Position numbers and translations under genes: made by a program
Shown here: one piece after another, positions 1 to 9,427 of the stretch
How positions within the stretch are numbered: position 1 is the stretch's first letter
Layout: each line of letters opens with the position of its first letter
Source of the DNA: Clostridia bacterium
Lineage (GTDB): Bacteria > Bacillota > Clostridia > Oscillospirales > CAG-382
DNA: 41,811 nt
Assembly: GCA_017549405.1 (NCBI GenBank)
Contig: JAFYUY010000090.1
Location: forward strand, 1 to 41,811
Direction of reading: 5' to 3'
Notes under the pieces: model-generated
Databases searched by the model: none
Told to the model about the DNA's origin: nothing
What the model saw: only the letters and a program-made list of their open reading frames with translations

Positions 1-440
1 CAATAAATGACCCCATAAACCACACTTGCCGCCGTGCCGTAAACGATAACCGGCCCCGCAATGGTGAACATCTTAGCACCAACGCCAAGTATAAAGCCCT
101 CCGCCTTTGCATCTATGGCGGGTGAGCACACAGCGTTTGCAAAGCCCGTTATGGGCACAAGGGTCCCCGCACCCGCATATTTTGCAATGCTGTCGTAAAC
201 CCCCACCCCCGTGAGCAGGCAGGAAATAAATATAAGGCTTACGGACACGAGTATCTTTGAATTTTCCTCGGTCAAAAATCCCGAATAGAATTCAAAAAGA
301 AACTGCCCGAGCGTGCATATGGCACCACCCACACAAAAAGCGGCAATGCAGTCTGCAAACAGATTTCTCTTGGGTGCATGACTGTCGGCATACTTTCTGA
401 AGGCTTCCTTTTCCTTTTCGGAATAATTTCTTTTATCCAT
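1..440 (-). CDS. spoVAC: Stage V sporulation protein AC (SpoVAC), 3' end truncated by the window edge
   Basis: Not in the ORF track because no stop falls in the window. The reverse complement from ATG at 440 reads MDKRNYSEKEKEAFRKYADSHAPKRNLFADCIAAFCVGGAICTLGQ...GVYDSIAKYAGAGTLVPITGFANAVCSPAIDAKAEGFILGVGAKMF. This matches the conserved SpoVAC core (VGG.IC.IGQ, GAG..VPITGFAN). The frame is open to position 1. Confidence 0.9.
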   Translation of the reverse strand, partial: MDKRNYSEKEKEAFRKYADSHAPKRNLFADCIAAFCVGGAICTLGQFLFEFYSGFLTEENSKILVSVSLIFISCLLTGVGVYDSIAKYAGAGTLVPITGFANAVCSPAIDAKAEGFILGVGAKMFTIAGPVIVYGTAASVVYGVIY

Positions 441-482
441 TTTCTTACCCCTTTTTTATTGTTTTGAATATATTATTACCCG

Positions 483-497
483 AATTTTCTGAAAATA
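483..497. promoter_or_regulatory. CodY-box-like motif in the divergent spoVAC/parB spacer
   Basis: AATTTTCTGAAAATA matches the Firmicute CodY consensus AATTTTCWGAAAATT at 14 of 15 positions. It lies 43 bp upstream of the spoVAC start. Confidence 0.4.
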
Positions 498-536
498 AAA
501 ATATTTTATATGATGGGTGCATACGGCACTATTTTA

Positions 537-565
537 ACAGCATGTTCATAAATCTGTGCTATAAT
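537..565 (+). promoter_or_regulatory. Putative extended -10 promoter for parB
   Basis: TGcTATAAT at 557-565 is an extended -10. The -35 is weak (ACAGCA) at 17-nt spacing. It sits about 50 nt upstream of the parB start. Confidence 0.35.
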
Positions 566-615
566 TTTATGATTAAAGTGAAGCTACAATCGTTTAAATA
601 AAGGAGATTACAATT

Positions 616-1563
616 ATGGCAAGAAAAGGCGGACTCGGAAAAGGGCTGGATGCTCTTTTCAGCGAAGCACAGTTTGACGCAGCAGGTGCCGAAGAAAAAG
701 CAGGCGGCATTATAACCCTTAGAATTTCTGACATTGAACCCGATAAAGATCAGCCCCGCAAGACCTTTGAACCCGAGGCGCTCTCTGCCCTTGCGGATTC
801 CATTTCCACCCACGGTATCCTGCAACCGCTGGTTGTGAGAAAACCCGAGGGAGCAGATGACGGCGACGATGCAGTCAAAAAGATACTCGGCAACAAATAC
901 CGTATAGTTGCAGGCGAGCGCAGATGGCGTGCCGCAAAAATGGCAGGTCTTTCGGAAGTGCCCGTTATAGTCAAAGAAATGACCGACCACGAAGCCGCTG
1001 CCATTATGCTGGTGGAAAATCTTCAGCGCGAAGATCTCAACTCCGTGGAGCAGGCACGCGGACTTAAGCGTTTGCTTGAAGAATTTGAGCTTACACAGGA
1101 GGAAACAGCGCAGATAGTGGGAATTTCCCGTCCCGCACTCACAAACTCGCTCCGCTTACTTTCTCTGCCCGCAAAAACCCTTGACCTTCTTGAAAAAGGC
1201 GAGCTTTCCGCAGGTCATGCAAGAGCACTTCTTTCCATAGGCAATGCCGCAGAAATAAACAGTACTGCCGAAACAGTTATTGCAAAAGGTCTTTCGGTGC
1301 GTGAAACCGAGCGTCTTGCAAAGCTTATATTTGCAAATCTCAACGCTCCCAAAGAAAAAAAGAAAGAGACCCCCGAGGAAAAGTCTGCCGCTGCATACAT
1401 CGGCAAGCTTGAAGAAAATATGTCCTCAAAGCTCGGCAGAAAAGCAAAGATAATTATGGGCAAAAAAGGCGAAAAGGGCGGAAAGCTGGAGCTTCATTAT
1501 TACGACAATTCCGACCTTGAAAAGCTTATAAAAGCCCTTTGCGGAGATATTTTTGAAGACTGA
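616..1563 (+). CDS. parB: ParB/Spo0J-family chromosome partitioning protein
   Basis: The N-terminus GGLGKGLDALF is ParB-like. The ParB box GERRWRAAKMAGL and an HTH segment (TQEETAQIVGISRPALTNSLRLL) are present. RBS AAAGGAG lies 9 nt upstream of the ATG. Confidence 0.9.
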   Translation: MARKGGLGKGLDALFSEAQFDAAGAEEKAGGIITLRISDIEPDKDQPRKTFEPEALSALADSISTHGILQPLVVRKPEGADDGDDAVKKILGNKYRIVAGERRWRAAKMAGLSEVPVIVKEMTDHEAAAIMLVENLQREDLNSVEQARGLKRLLEEFELTQEETAQIVGISRPALTNSLRLLSLPAKTLDLLEKGELSAGHARALLSIGNAAEINSTAETVIAKGLSVRETERLAKLIFANLNAPKEKKKETPEEKSAAAYIGKLEENMSSKLGRKAKIIMGKKGEKGGKLELHYYDNSDLEKLIKALCGDIFED

Positions 1564-1592
1564 GAACAAGGCTTATTCTACGGAGGTTTGAT

Positions 1593-2207
1593 ATGACAGA
1601 TCAAAGCACTCTTGCCACGTTTGTGTGGGTGGTCTTTTTAGGCGTGTGCTTCGGTGCGTTTTATGCATATTATCACAGAAGACTTCTTGGTGATATTCTG
1701 CGCACTTTTATAGCTTACGGTGCAGACAGCGAACAAAACGCCCTCACCCTTGCAAACATTGGCTATGGTGAGGGAATAAAGCATACTTTTGCAAAATTTG
1801 CCCTCAGACGCAGTTCGGTGCTGCGAAAAACGATCCACACTGTTTACGAAGAAAAAGCACCCGTAAAAAAGGATCCCGATGAACTTTTTGCAAAAGCTCC
1901 GAAGCTGCCTTGCGAACAGAGATATTACATTCCCGAGGAAAAACGCATTACAGCCGAGATACGTTATGACGGCAAAGGAACAACCGCATCCACCCTTATT
2001 ATTACCGTGGCGGTATTCTTTGCAGTGGCAATAATTGCCGTATCGCTTTTGCCATGGATAATACGAAATTATCACAACCTCACAAACTTTGCCGGCAGTC
2101 AAGAAGAAACCATAACAGCCGAACAAAACGAAGGACCTGAAAGCGTTGACGGCAATGCTCCCGAAGACACTCAAAGCACTGTTCCGAACTACGCTCTCCC
2201 TCAATAA
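1593..2207 (+). CDS. Hypothetical membrane protein with two predicted TM segments
   Basis: RBS GGAGG precedes the ATG. Hydrophobic segments are FVWVVFLGVCFGAFYAYY and LIITVAVFFAVAIIAVSLLPWII, followed by an acidic C-terminal tail. I recognise no family. Confidence 0.6.
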   Translation: MTDQSTLATFVWVVFLGVCFGAFYAYYHRRLLGDILRTFIAYGADSEQNALTLANIGYGEGIKHTFAKFALRRSSVLRKTIHTVYEEKAPVKKDPDELFAKAPKLPCEQRYYIPEEKRITAEIRYDGKGTTASTLIITVAVFFAVAIIAVSLLPWIIRNYHNLTNFAGSQEETITAEQNEGPESVDGNAPEDTQSTVPNYALPQ

Positions 2208-2232
2208 AAACTTAAAAGGAGTCTTACTGTTT

Positions 2233-3057
2233 ATGAGACAGACAAGAATCAAGATCCACTTAACTCTTATAATCCTTATTTCAGCGCTTGCCGTGACTGC
2301 AATATTCGGCATTGTTCTCAATATATTCGGAATACGTTATTTCAAAGCAGATAACGGTTCTAAGTTTCTTGGCATCACAAAGGACGGTGTGGTGCTTTCG
2401 GGAACGATAATGCTTCCCGACGGAACAAAGGCAAAAATAGACCGCGCACGCGGAGTCATTGAGTATTCCAACGGGGATATATATGACGGTGAGTTTTCCG
2501 GATTTTACCGCAACGGACAAGGTCACATGACCTATGCCGCCACAGGCGATACCTATGAAGGTCAATTTTCCGACGATAAGATGTCGGGCAAGGGCATATA
2601 CCGCTCTGCCGACGGAAGTGTTTATGACGGAGAGTTCCTTGACGGCAAGAAATCGGGAACGGGAAAATATATCTGGAGCGACGGAAGCACATACGAAGGC
2701 GGATTCCTTGAAAACCGCAAAAACGGCAGCGGAAAGTACCACGGTGCCGACGGCGCGGAATATGTGGGCGATTACGAAAACGACCGCAAAAACGGCAAAG
2801 GAACCTACACTTACCCTAACGGCGATAAATATATTGGCGACTTTGTGGACGATATGCGTCAGGGACTCGGTACTTATATATGGGCAAACGGCGAAAGCTA
2901 TGTGGGAGAATTTCTCGGCAACATGAAGCACGGCAAGGGTGTTTACAAATGGCCCGCTCCCACCGAACGAAGCTATGACGGCTACTTTGAAAACGGTACC
3001 CTTATTATAACAGACCCCGCTCAAGAGCAGGGAGCAGATGTGCAAACAGAACAATGA
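2233..3057 (+). CDS. MORN-repeat protein with an N-terminal TM anchor
   Basis: Tandem YxGxxxxxxxxGxG repeats are present (YDGEFSGFYRNGQGHMTY, YEGQFSDDKMSGKGIY, YDGEFLDGKKSGTGKY and others). I chose the internal ATG at 2233 (MRQTRIKIHL...) because AAAGGA lies upstream and it avoids overlap with the preceding gene. Confidence 0.85.
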   Translation: MRQTRIKIHLTLIILISALAVTAIFGIVLNIFGIRYFKADNGSKFLGITKDGVVLSGTIMLPDGTKAKIDRARGVIEYSNGDIYDGEFSGFYRNGQGHMTYAATGDTYEGQFSDDKMSGKGIYRSADGSVYDGEFLDGKKSGTGKYIWSDGSTYEGGFLENRKNGSGKYHGADGAEYVGDYENDRKNGKGTYTYPNGDKYIGDFVDDMRQGLGTYIWANGESYVGEFLGNMKHGKGVYKWPAPTERSYDGYFENGTLIITDPAQEQGADVQTEQ

Positions 3058-3872
3058 ATGCGAATATTTTTGAAAGTAATAACAGTATGTGCATCCTTGA
3101 AGGTATGATATCCGTTGAAGCGGCTGTGAAATACAAAAGCCGTAAAGTGGATATATGCTATGTGGATGCCGCAAAAGTGAAGAAGCGCGACCGCAAGGTG
3201 CTCTCATTCTTAAAGCTTCTGCGAGAAAATAATATTTCCGCAGAGATTTGCGACCGCGAAATTATAGATGCTTTTCTCGACAAAAACGACAAGGACGCGG
3301 GCAATACCCATGGCGGAATCGTTGCGGTATGCGGAAATCGAAGATTTATCTCAGCCGAAGCTCTGCTTGAAAAAACAGCAAAAGAGCAAGGTTTTTCCGT
3401 GGTGCTCGACGGAATAGAAGACCCCTTCAACTTGGGATATTCCGTGCGCAATCTTTATGCCGCGGGAGTCTGCGGCATATTTATCCCTGCCCGCAACCCC
3501 CTGACATCGGCGGGAATCTGCGCACGCTCTTCGGCAGGAGCATCTGAAATGTGCGACATTGCAACACTTCCGCAATTTGACGGGACTTTTTCACAAGCCG
3601 ATTTTGTTTCAAAGATAAAAGAATACGGGATCTCCACCGTGTGTGCTGCAAAAACTGCAGATTGCACCGAAATGTTCTCGTTTTCTCCAAAATTTCCCGC
3701 AGTTCTTTTTATCGGCGGAGAAAAGCGCGGAATTTCACCCGAATTTGTGGAAAACTGCGACAACATCGTAAGCATTCCTTATTTTTCCGATGCAAGGTTT
3801 TCGCTCCCCGCAGCTTCAACTGCGGCAATACTCGGATTTGAGCTTGCGCGGCACAGATTTATAAAAAAATAA
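3054..3872 (+). CDS. TrmH/SpoU-family RNA 2'-O-methyltransferase (RlmB-like)
   Basis: SpoU methylase motifs are present (VLDGIEDPFNLGYSVRN, LFIGGEKRGISPEFVENCDNIVSIPY). The ATGA start/stop overlap with the upstream gene is plausible. An internal start around 3087 is possible. Confidence 0.8.
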   Translation: MNANIFESNNSMCILEGMISVEAAVKYKSRKVDICYVDAAKVKKRDRKVLSFLKLLRENNISAEICDREIIDAFLDKNDKDAGNTHGGIVAVCGNRRFISAEALLEKTAKEQGFSVVLDGIEDPFNLGYSVRNLYAAGVCGIFIPARNPLTSAGICARSSAGASEMCDIATLPQFDGTFSQADFVSKIKEYGISTVCAAKTADCTEMFSFSPKFPAVLFIGGEKRGISPEFVENCDNIVSIPYFSDARFSLPAASTAAILGFELARHRFIKK

Positions 3873-3929
3873 AAAACAACCCGTAAATGTGCGGAACAAT
3901 AATATTTATCACAAAGGAATTTTCAGACT

Positions 3930-5303
3930 ATGGAAAAAATGTGGGCAGGGCGCTTTGCAAAAGCCCTTGACAAAAAAGCCGACGACTTTAATTCGTCCAT
4001 TGCAACAGATAAAAGAATGTATCGCCAGGATATAACAGGTTCCATGGCTCATGCAGCAATGCTTGGCAAGCAGGGGATCATTTCCGACGAAGAAAGTAAA
4101 AAAATAATCGAATGTCTTGCAGGCATCCTTGCGGATATTGACGAAGGAAAACTTGAAATCGACCCTGAAGCCGAGGATATCCATATGTTCGTGGAATCCG
4201 TACTCACAAAGCGTCTTGGTGATACCGGCAAAAAGCTGCACACCGCCCGCAGCCGCAACGACCAGGTCGCCCTTGACATTCGTCTTTATCTGCGCGATGA
4301 ATCGGAAGAAATAATTTCTCTGATAAAATCGCTCATTTCGGCAATCGTAAAGCAGGCAGAAATGCACAAGCGTACCATTATGCCGGGCTACACCCATCTT
4401 CAGCGTGCTCAGCCCATTACCTTTGCCCATCAGCTTTTAACATACGGCATGATGCTCTCCCGTGATATCACCCGCATACGTGATGCCGTTGCAAGAATGA
4501 ATGTCTCCCCTATCGGCTCCTGCGCCCTTGCGGGAACGACTTACGATACTGACAGATATTTTGAAGCGAAAGAGCTCGGCTTTGACGGCATAACACTTAA
4601 CAGTATAGACGGAGTTTCCGACCGCGATTTCTGCCTTGAGCTTATGTCTGCCTTTGCCATAATAATGATGCACCTTTCACGCTTTTCGGAGGAAATAATT
4701 CTGTGGTCCTCCTGGGAATTCAAATTTATTGAGCTTGACGATTCCTTCACAACAGGCTCAAGCATAATGCCCCAGAAAAAGAATTCCGATATGGCAGAGC
4801 TCGTTCGCGGAAAGACCGGCAGAGTTTACGGCGATCTCATGGCTCTCCTCACCACTCTCAAGGGACTTCCCCTTGCATACAACAAGGATATGCAGGAAGA
4901 TAAAGATGCTATGTTTGACAGCCTTGACACCGTGAAGGCTTGCCTTGAGATTTTTGCACCCATGATAGATACCATGCGCGCACTGCCCGAGAATATGTAC
5001 AATGCCGCAGGCAAGGGCTTTATAAATGCCACAGACCTTGCAGATTACCTCACCAAAAAAGGAATGCCCTTCCGCACGGCATATAAGAACGTCGGTGAGA
5101 TAGTGGCGGAATGCATTGAAAAGAACACCGTACTCGATAAGCTTCCCCTTGAGGCTTACAAAGCGCATTCCGACCTTTTCTGCGATGACCTTTACAAAGA
5201 GATATCCCTTGAGACCTGCGTGGAAAAACGCATTTCCGCAGGAGGTACGGGTCTTTCTTCCGTGGAAGCTCAGATAGAGTTCCTTAAAAAGGCAGCGGAG
5301 TAA
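3930..5303 (+). CDS. argH: Argininosuccinate lyase
   Basis: MWAGRFAKALDKKADDFNSSI, GYTHLQRAQPITFAHQLL and the fumarate-lyase signature GSSIMPQKKNSDMAEL are present. Confidence 0.95.
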   Translation: MEKMWAGRFAKALDKKADDFNSSIATDKRMYRQDITGSMAHAAMLGKQGIISDEESKKIIECLAGILADIDEGKLEIDPEAEDIHMFVESVLTKRLGDTGKKLHTARSRNDQVALDIRLYLRDESEEIISLIKSLISAIVKQAEMHKRTIMPGYTHLQRAQPITFAHQLLTYGMMLSRDITRIRDAVARMNVSPIGSCALAGTTYDTDRYFEAKELGFDGITLNSIDGVSDRDFCLELMSAFAIIMMHLSRFSEEIILWSSWEFKFIELDDSFTTGSSIMPQKKNSDMAELVRGKTGRVYGDLMALLTTLKGLPLAYNKDMQEDKDAMFDSLDTVKACLEIFAPMIDTMRALPENMYNAAGKGFINATDLADYLTKKGMPFRTAYKNVGEIVAECIEKNTVLDKLPLEAYKAHSDLFCDDLYKEISLETCVEKRISAGGTGLSSVEAQIEFLKKAAE

Positions 5304-5510
5304 ATATTTTTTGTTTCACAAAAGAAAAGGGGATGTTAAAAAAGTCCAGACCGCAAAAAAGAAGAAAAACAAGGAAGAAAAACTCATCATTCCGGGTTTT
5401 TCTCAAAAAAATCTTTTTTGCTACAGACAAACGTCACCTCTCGACGCACCTTTGTGCGCCTTCGGGTTCCGTTTGTCCGTTCTGAAGCTTTTTTACCTAT
5501 CCCCTCAAAA

Positions 5511-5558
5511 GGGGCTGTTTAAAAACGCGGTTTTTAAACAGCCCCAATTTTTTATTTT
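5511..5558. terminator. Bidirectional rho-independent terminator between convergent argH and the SLH gene
   Basis: Perfect 16-bp stem GGGGCTGTTTAAAAAC/GTTTTTAAACAGCCCC (5511-5526 and 5530-5545) with loop GCG. AATTTTTTATTTT follows on the plus strand and TTTTGAGG on the minus strand. Confidence 0.85.
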
Positions 5559-5562
5559 CAGA

Positions 5563-8217
5563 TCACTTTTTGCATGCCACAAGAACTCTGACGGTGCCCG
5601 TTGAGTCAATGCCGCATTTTATTGCATATTTATCCTCGGCAAGCAAGCTTATTATGCGATCAAGAGACACCTTGCTTATAACATCTCCGAGCTTGGTATC
5701 ACTTGTATCCTCGTTTTTGCTGACCTTAAAAAGCTTCTGTTCAAGCACATAGCATTCTACGGAATCCCAGAGCTTTGCGGAATTTCCGGGATATTTTACG
5801 GTCTTTGCATCAATGGCAGTAACTGTTTTTTCCGTAAGAGGTGTTATCTTCTGCGCTTCTCCGAGATTGTTGTATTTTACACCGACCATACCAATGGGTG
5901 CTGTTACATAATCGCTTATACTGCTGTTTTTCGCAGATGTAAGGAAATTATATGAACCCTTGAAGTTCATTATAACACCATAGCTGTGCATATCTCCCGT
6001 GGCATCTTTAAGAACAAGATAATCAATATTTCCGTCGCCGTCAAAATTGTAGTATGCCACATTATCTTTGGTAAGCGTTATTTCGGAAAGTCTTGCGGCA
6101 TATGTGCGGATATAATTTGCGCCAAAATAATCTATCAGCACCGCATCGGGAGAAATTTTACCTGCCTTTATGGCGGATTTGAGTTCCGAAATATCTCTGT
6201 ATTCAGAAGAAAGCTTTTTGACCGTGGGATTTCCGTTATAATATGTTACGGAAACGAGGGTGTTTTTGGGGAAATTCTTATTATCGGCTTTTATACTGTG
6301 CGTCTTTCCGTCAAAAGACTGAACACTCAGGAAATAATCCTCTGCCGCCATACCATTCTTATCGGTATATTCCTTTTTGGCAATATCTGTTGTCACACCG
6401 ATAAAATTCGCCGAATAAAGGTCCGGTGCTATGGCTGATACAACTCCCTTTGAACCCAGAAGAAGAGTTACGGAGTCCCCCTCTGAAAATTCGCCCTTTC
6501 CTGCAAACATAATAGATGCGCGTGAGGTTTCAATGGCATATTCCGCTCCCGCAACCTTTACGGATGTGGGCGCCATGGTGTTGGGAAGAATATCCTCAAG
6601 CACACCCGTTACTCTGTCGGAAACGATCCATACAGCTTTGAATGCGGGAGAATAGTATATAACATCATAATCGGTTATTACCCCGGCATCCACAAGGTTT
6701 CCGTCAAGATAGTATGCGGCACTTTCAGCATCAAAGCCGAGCTTGTTCTTCCAGCCATCCCCCTGTACTATTTCGGGACCCTTTAGCGTCTGCGCCACAA
6801 GAGTTTCGTAGGTAAGTCCCATATCTTCGTATATTTCGGTATCGTAAACATCGGCAAGCTCTGCATATTCAAGCTTTCCGTCTTTGCCCGTATATACAGT
6901 AATAAAATCGTTTTCGGCAAGCACCTTTTTGTTTTCAAAAAGCTTCTTTGCATTTTCGCCCAACTGGTATACGGTACCGCCCACAGTAACACTCTGCGGA
7001 TCGTCGACTGACGGGGATACAGCACCTAACACACCGCTTGCGTCGGTAACGTAAAAATACACCAGCGAAAGCTCGGGGCAACTGTACACGAGTCCCTTTT
7101 CGGTTATGAGGGAAATGTCGGATTCCGCTCCGTTTTTATATACCTTTTCCGGAATATAACCGAGGGATTCCGCAGATGTCACAACAAAAGGCTCCTGCAT
7201 TTTATATGCCTCCACAACTTCGCCCTTTTCTCCGAGCAATATTGCGGCATATGTGTCTTCTTCAAACTCTCCCGCCATAAGCTTTCCGCTGTAATCCTTT
7301 TTGGGCACGGGCTTATATGTCACTCCGGAAAGGGTGATCCCGGAAAGAGTTGCATTTGTGTATGTAAGCTTTTCTATAACTCCGAATTCTATATCATCAT
7401 ATACCCACGCAGAAAGGAAATCGGGAGAAGTATATACAACATTGAATTTTTCCACAGAAGACGCAGAAATAACTTTTCCGTCTTTGTAGACAGTATATTT
7501 TTCATTTATGCCCGCATCGTTCTGCCACGAAGAAAGGTCGGTCACAATAAATGGGCCTTTTTTATCTTCCTGTATCAGAGCATCATAGTCAATGTTTCCA
7601 AATGCATCCGCCGCATGACCAAGAGTTGTGCAGTAAGCATTTCCTGACTTTGTGTAAGTGCAGAGCATATTGTATATAAGGTACATACAGTCAAGGCGTG
7701 AAAGTTCTTCTCCACGCACGGCACCTATCTCGGAATCAAGGTTCAGCGACGAGTATTTTGCCAGCTGACCGTCGGGATAAAATCCGATAAAATCACCATC
7801 GGTATACCCCAAAAGCTTCAGCACTATGGTAACGGCTTCTTCAAGTTTTACATTTCCAAAGGGTTTGAAAGAGCCGTCAAGATAACCTTTTATCCAACCG
7901 GCATTTACCGCTGTGCGGATATATCCCGCTGCCCAATGCTCGGGAGACACATCGGGGAATGTGGAAAATGCGACCTTGACATTGGCATCATCCTTATACG
8001 TAGATGCCGCAACTGCCATTTTAACAAATTCCGCACGGGTGACCTTACTTTCAAGGTTGAGGTTTCCGTTCTGATCTCCGCGCATGATATCAAGGGCGCG
8101 CACTATATCAATTACCCGCTCTTTTGAGAGTCCCGCAAAGTTTTCCACGGCAAACACGGGACATACTGAACCAAAAGCAGTAAGCAGCGCAAGAAATACG
8201 CTGATTATTTTTTTCAT
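5563..8217 (-). CDS. SLH-domain cell-surface protein, 884 aa with a signal peptide
   Basis: Signal peptide MKKIISVFLALLTAFGSVCPVFA. N-terminal S-layer-homology repeats are present (DIMRGDQNGNLNLESKVTRAEFVKM, FPDVSPEHWAAGYI, GYLDGSFKPFGNVKLEEAVTIV). I chose the ATG at 8217 because of the GAAAGGA RBS and no overlap with the upstream permease. Confidence 0.85.
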   Translation of the reverse strand: MKKIISVFLALLTAFGSVCPVFAVENFAGLSKERVIDIVRALDIMRGDQNGNLNLESKVTRAEFVKMAVAASTYKDDANVKVAFSTFPDVSPEHWAAGYIRTAVNAGWIKGYLDGSFKPFGNVKLEEAVTIVLKLLGYTDGDFIGFYPDGQLAKYSSLNLDSEIGAVRGEELSRLDCMYLIYNMLCTYTKSGNAYCTTLGHAADAFGNIDYDALIQEDKKGPFIVTDLSSWQNDAGINEKYTVYKDGKVISASSVEKFNVVYTSPDFLSAWVYDDIEFGVIEKLTYTNATLSGITLSGVTYKPVPKKDYSGKLMAGEFEEDTYAAILLGEKGEVVEAYKMQEPFVVTSAESLGYIPEKVYKNGAESDISLITEKGLVYSCPELSLVYFYVTDASGVLGAVSPSVDDPQSVTVGGTVYQLGENAKKLFENKKVLAENDFITVYTGKDGKLEYAELADVYDTEIYEDMGLTYETLVAQTLKGPEIVQGDGWKNKLGFDAESAAYYLDGNLVDAGVITDYDVIYYSPAFKAVWIVSDRVTGVLEDILPNTMAPTSVKVAGAEYAIETSRASIMFAGKGEFSEGDSVTLLLGSKGVVSAIAPDLYSANFIGVTTDIAKKEYTDKNGMAAEDYFLSVQSFDGKTHSIKADNKNFPKNTLVSVTYYNGNPTVKKLSSEYRDISELKSAIKAGKISPDAVLIDYFGANYIRTYAARLSEITLTKDNVAYYNFDGDGNIDYLVLKDATGDMHSYGVIMNFKGSYNFLTSAKNSSISDYVTAPIGMVGVKYNNLGEAQKITPLTEKTVTAIDAKTVKYPGNSAKLWDSVECYVLEQKLFKVSKNEDTSDTKLGDVISKVSLDRIISLLAEDKYAIKCGIDSTGTVRVLVACKK

Positions 8218-8242
8218 ATTACTATTCCTTTCTTGTAAGGTA

Positions 8243-9427
8243 TCAATCGTGGTGCAAAGCATCTATGGGGTTAAGCTCGGACGCCTTTTTTGCGGGAAGA
8301 TAACCGAACAAAACACCGATCCCCACCGAGATTCCCACTGACAGAACAATGGAGCTAAGCGACGGAACAGCCGGCATATTCATCAGCTTTCCCGCTATCC
8401 GTGCTCCGAATACTCCAAGTAGAATTCCAAACACTCCACCAATAAGGCTTGTTGTCATAGCTTCTATCACAAACTGGGATTTTATATCGCGACGTTTTGC
8501 CCCAAGTGCCTTTCTTATACCTATCTCACGGGTACGCTCCGTTACCGAGACCAGCATTATATTCATAATACCGATACCGCCGACAAGAAGTGATATGGCG
8601 GCTATGGCGGCAATGACGGTAACAAGGGTATCCATTATTTCCGTGACGGTATCAAGGATCTCCGCAAGAGCAATAACGGCATAAGCATCTTCATCACCGT
8701 AATTTTCGTAAAGGCGGTTGGACATACGCTGTTTAGCCGCATTTACGGTTTCATCGCTCACGGATATAAGGGTATATGAATTTATGTTGCCCATGCGTGA
8801 AAGGCGCGCTGCCACTGTATAGGGAATAACCGCAAAATTATCGGACCCATCCTCGTCGGAGGCATCGGTTATTTCCTCTGCCACACCTATTATGGTATAA
8901 ACATCACCGTTTATCTTTAAGGTGCTGCCCACGGCATTTCCGTTATATACCTCGGGACTGTCGAAATATGCTCCGACAAAGCACACCTTGTTGCGGGCAT
9001 AAATATCCATATAGGAAATGAACCTGCCACGGGCGGTCTCATACGTTTTGACCGTCAGCCAATCCTCGCCCACACCTGTGATTGATGTGGAAAGATTTTC
9101 GTTCCATCTTTCCGGGCGCACCGTTGCCGAAACATTTACTGTGGGAGTGACCGCCTTTATAACATCGGAATTTTCTTCCGCAAACTCATACATTTCATCA
9201 TCTGTAAAGGTACGGTTTGAACCGCGCCCCATAAGGGTCACGCTTACCGTGCGGGTACCCATACTTTCGAAGGTGTCGCTTATTTCGGTCGTCACACCGT
9301 TGCCGAGGCTCATAATAAGAATTACCGAGCCCACACCGATGATGATGCCTAACATTGTGAGGAAAGCGCGCATTTTGTTATTGAGAAGGCTTTTTATTGC
9401 AAGAATAAAAGACTGACCTATTCCCAT
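8243..9427 (-). CDS. ABC transporter permease, FtsX/MacB family
   Basis: The N-terminus LLNNKMRAFLTMLGIIIGVGSVI is MacB_PCD-type. The C-terminal FtsX domain carries REIGIRKALGAKRRDI. A TAATG overlap couples it to the upstream ATPase. Confidence 0.9.
   Translation of the reverse strand: MGIGQSFILAIKSLLNNKMRAFLTMLGIIIGVGSVILIMSLGNGVTTEISDTFESMGTRTVSVTLMGRGSNRTFTDDEMYEFAEENSDVIKAVTPTVNVSATVRPERWNENLSTSITGVGEDWLTVKTYETARGRFISYMDIYARNKVCFVGAYFDSPEVYNGNAVGSTLKINGDVYTIIGVAEEITDASDEDGSDNFAVIPYTVAARLSRMGNINSYTLISVSDETVNAAKQRMSNRLYENYGDEDAYAVIALAEILDTVTEIMDTLVTVIAAIAAISLLVGGIGIMNIMLVSVTERTREIGIRKALGAKRRDIKSQFVIEAMTTSLIGGVFGILLGVFGARIAGKLMNMPAVPSLSSIVLSVGISVGIGVLFGYLPAKKASELNPIDALHHD

Noticed and set aside
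1293-1308. Possible parS inside parB (TTCGGTGCGTGAAACC)
   Set aside because: Only the right half-site (CGTGAAAC) matches. Overall it matches the TGTTNCACGTGAAACA palindrome at 9/16. Another partial match near 28524-28539 scores 10/16.
2281-3207. Long minus-strand ORF (308 aa) opposite the MORN-repeat gene. Similar long antisense ORFs are 559-990, 15426-16355, 12986-13696, 26503-27111, 30035-30736, 30903-31829, 36532-37563 and 38722-39612.
   Set aside because: Each lies antisense to a gene with clear family motifs. Each has no RBS, a Cys/His/Arg/Phe-rich low-information translation and no recognisable domain. These are typical shadow ORFs.
5426-5477. 8-bp inverted repeat GACAAACG...CGTTTGTC enclosing small CGCAC/GTGCG and GCC/GGT hairpins in the argH 3' spacer
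   Set aside because: It could be a small structured element. It is short, with no flanking promoter or terminator logic and no second copy in the window, so there is not enough to call a feature.
5311-5604. 97-aa plus-strand ORF with a TTG start, and a 50-codon ATG ORF starting at 5333, both in the argH/SLH spacer
   Set aside because: The translation is poly-Lys/Arg from an A-rich tract and runs straight through the bidirectional terminator hairpin. The GGGG directly abuts the ATG, which gives no usable RBS spacing.
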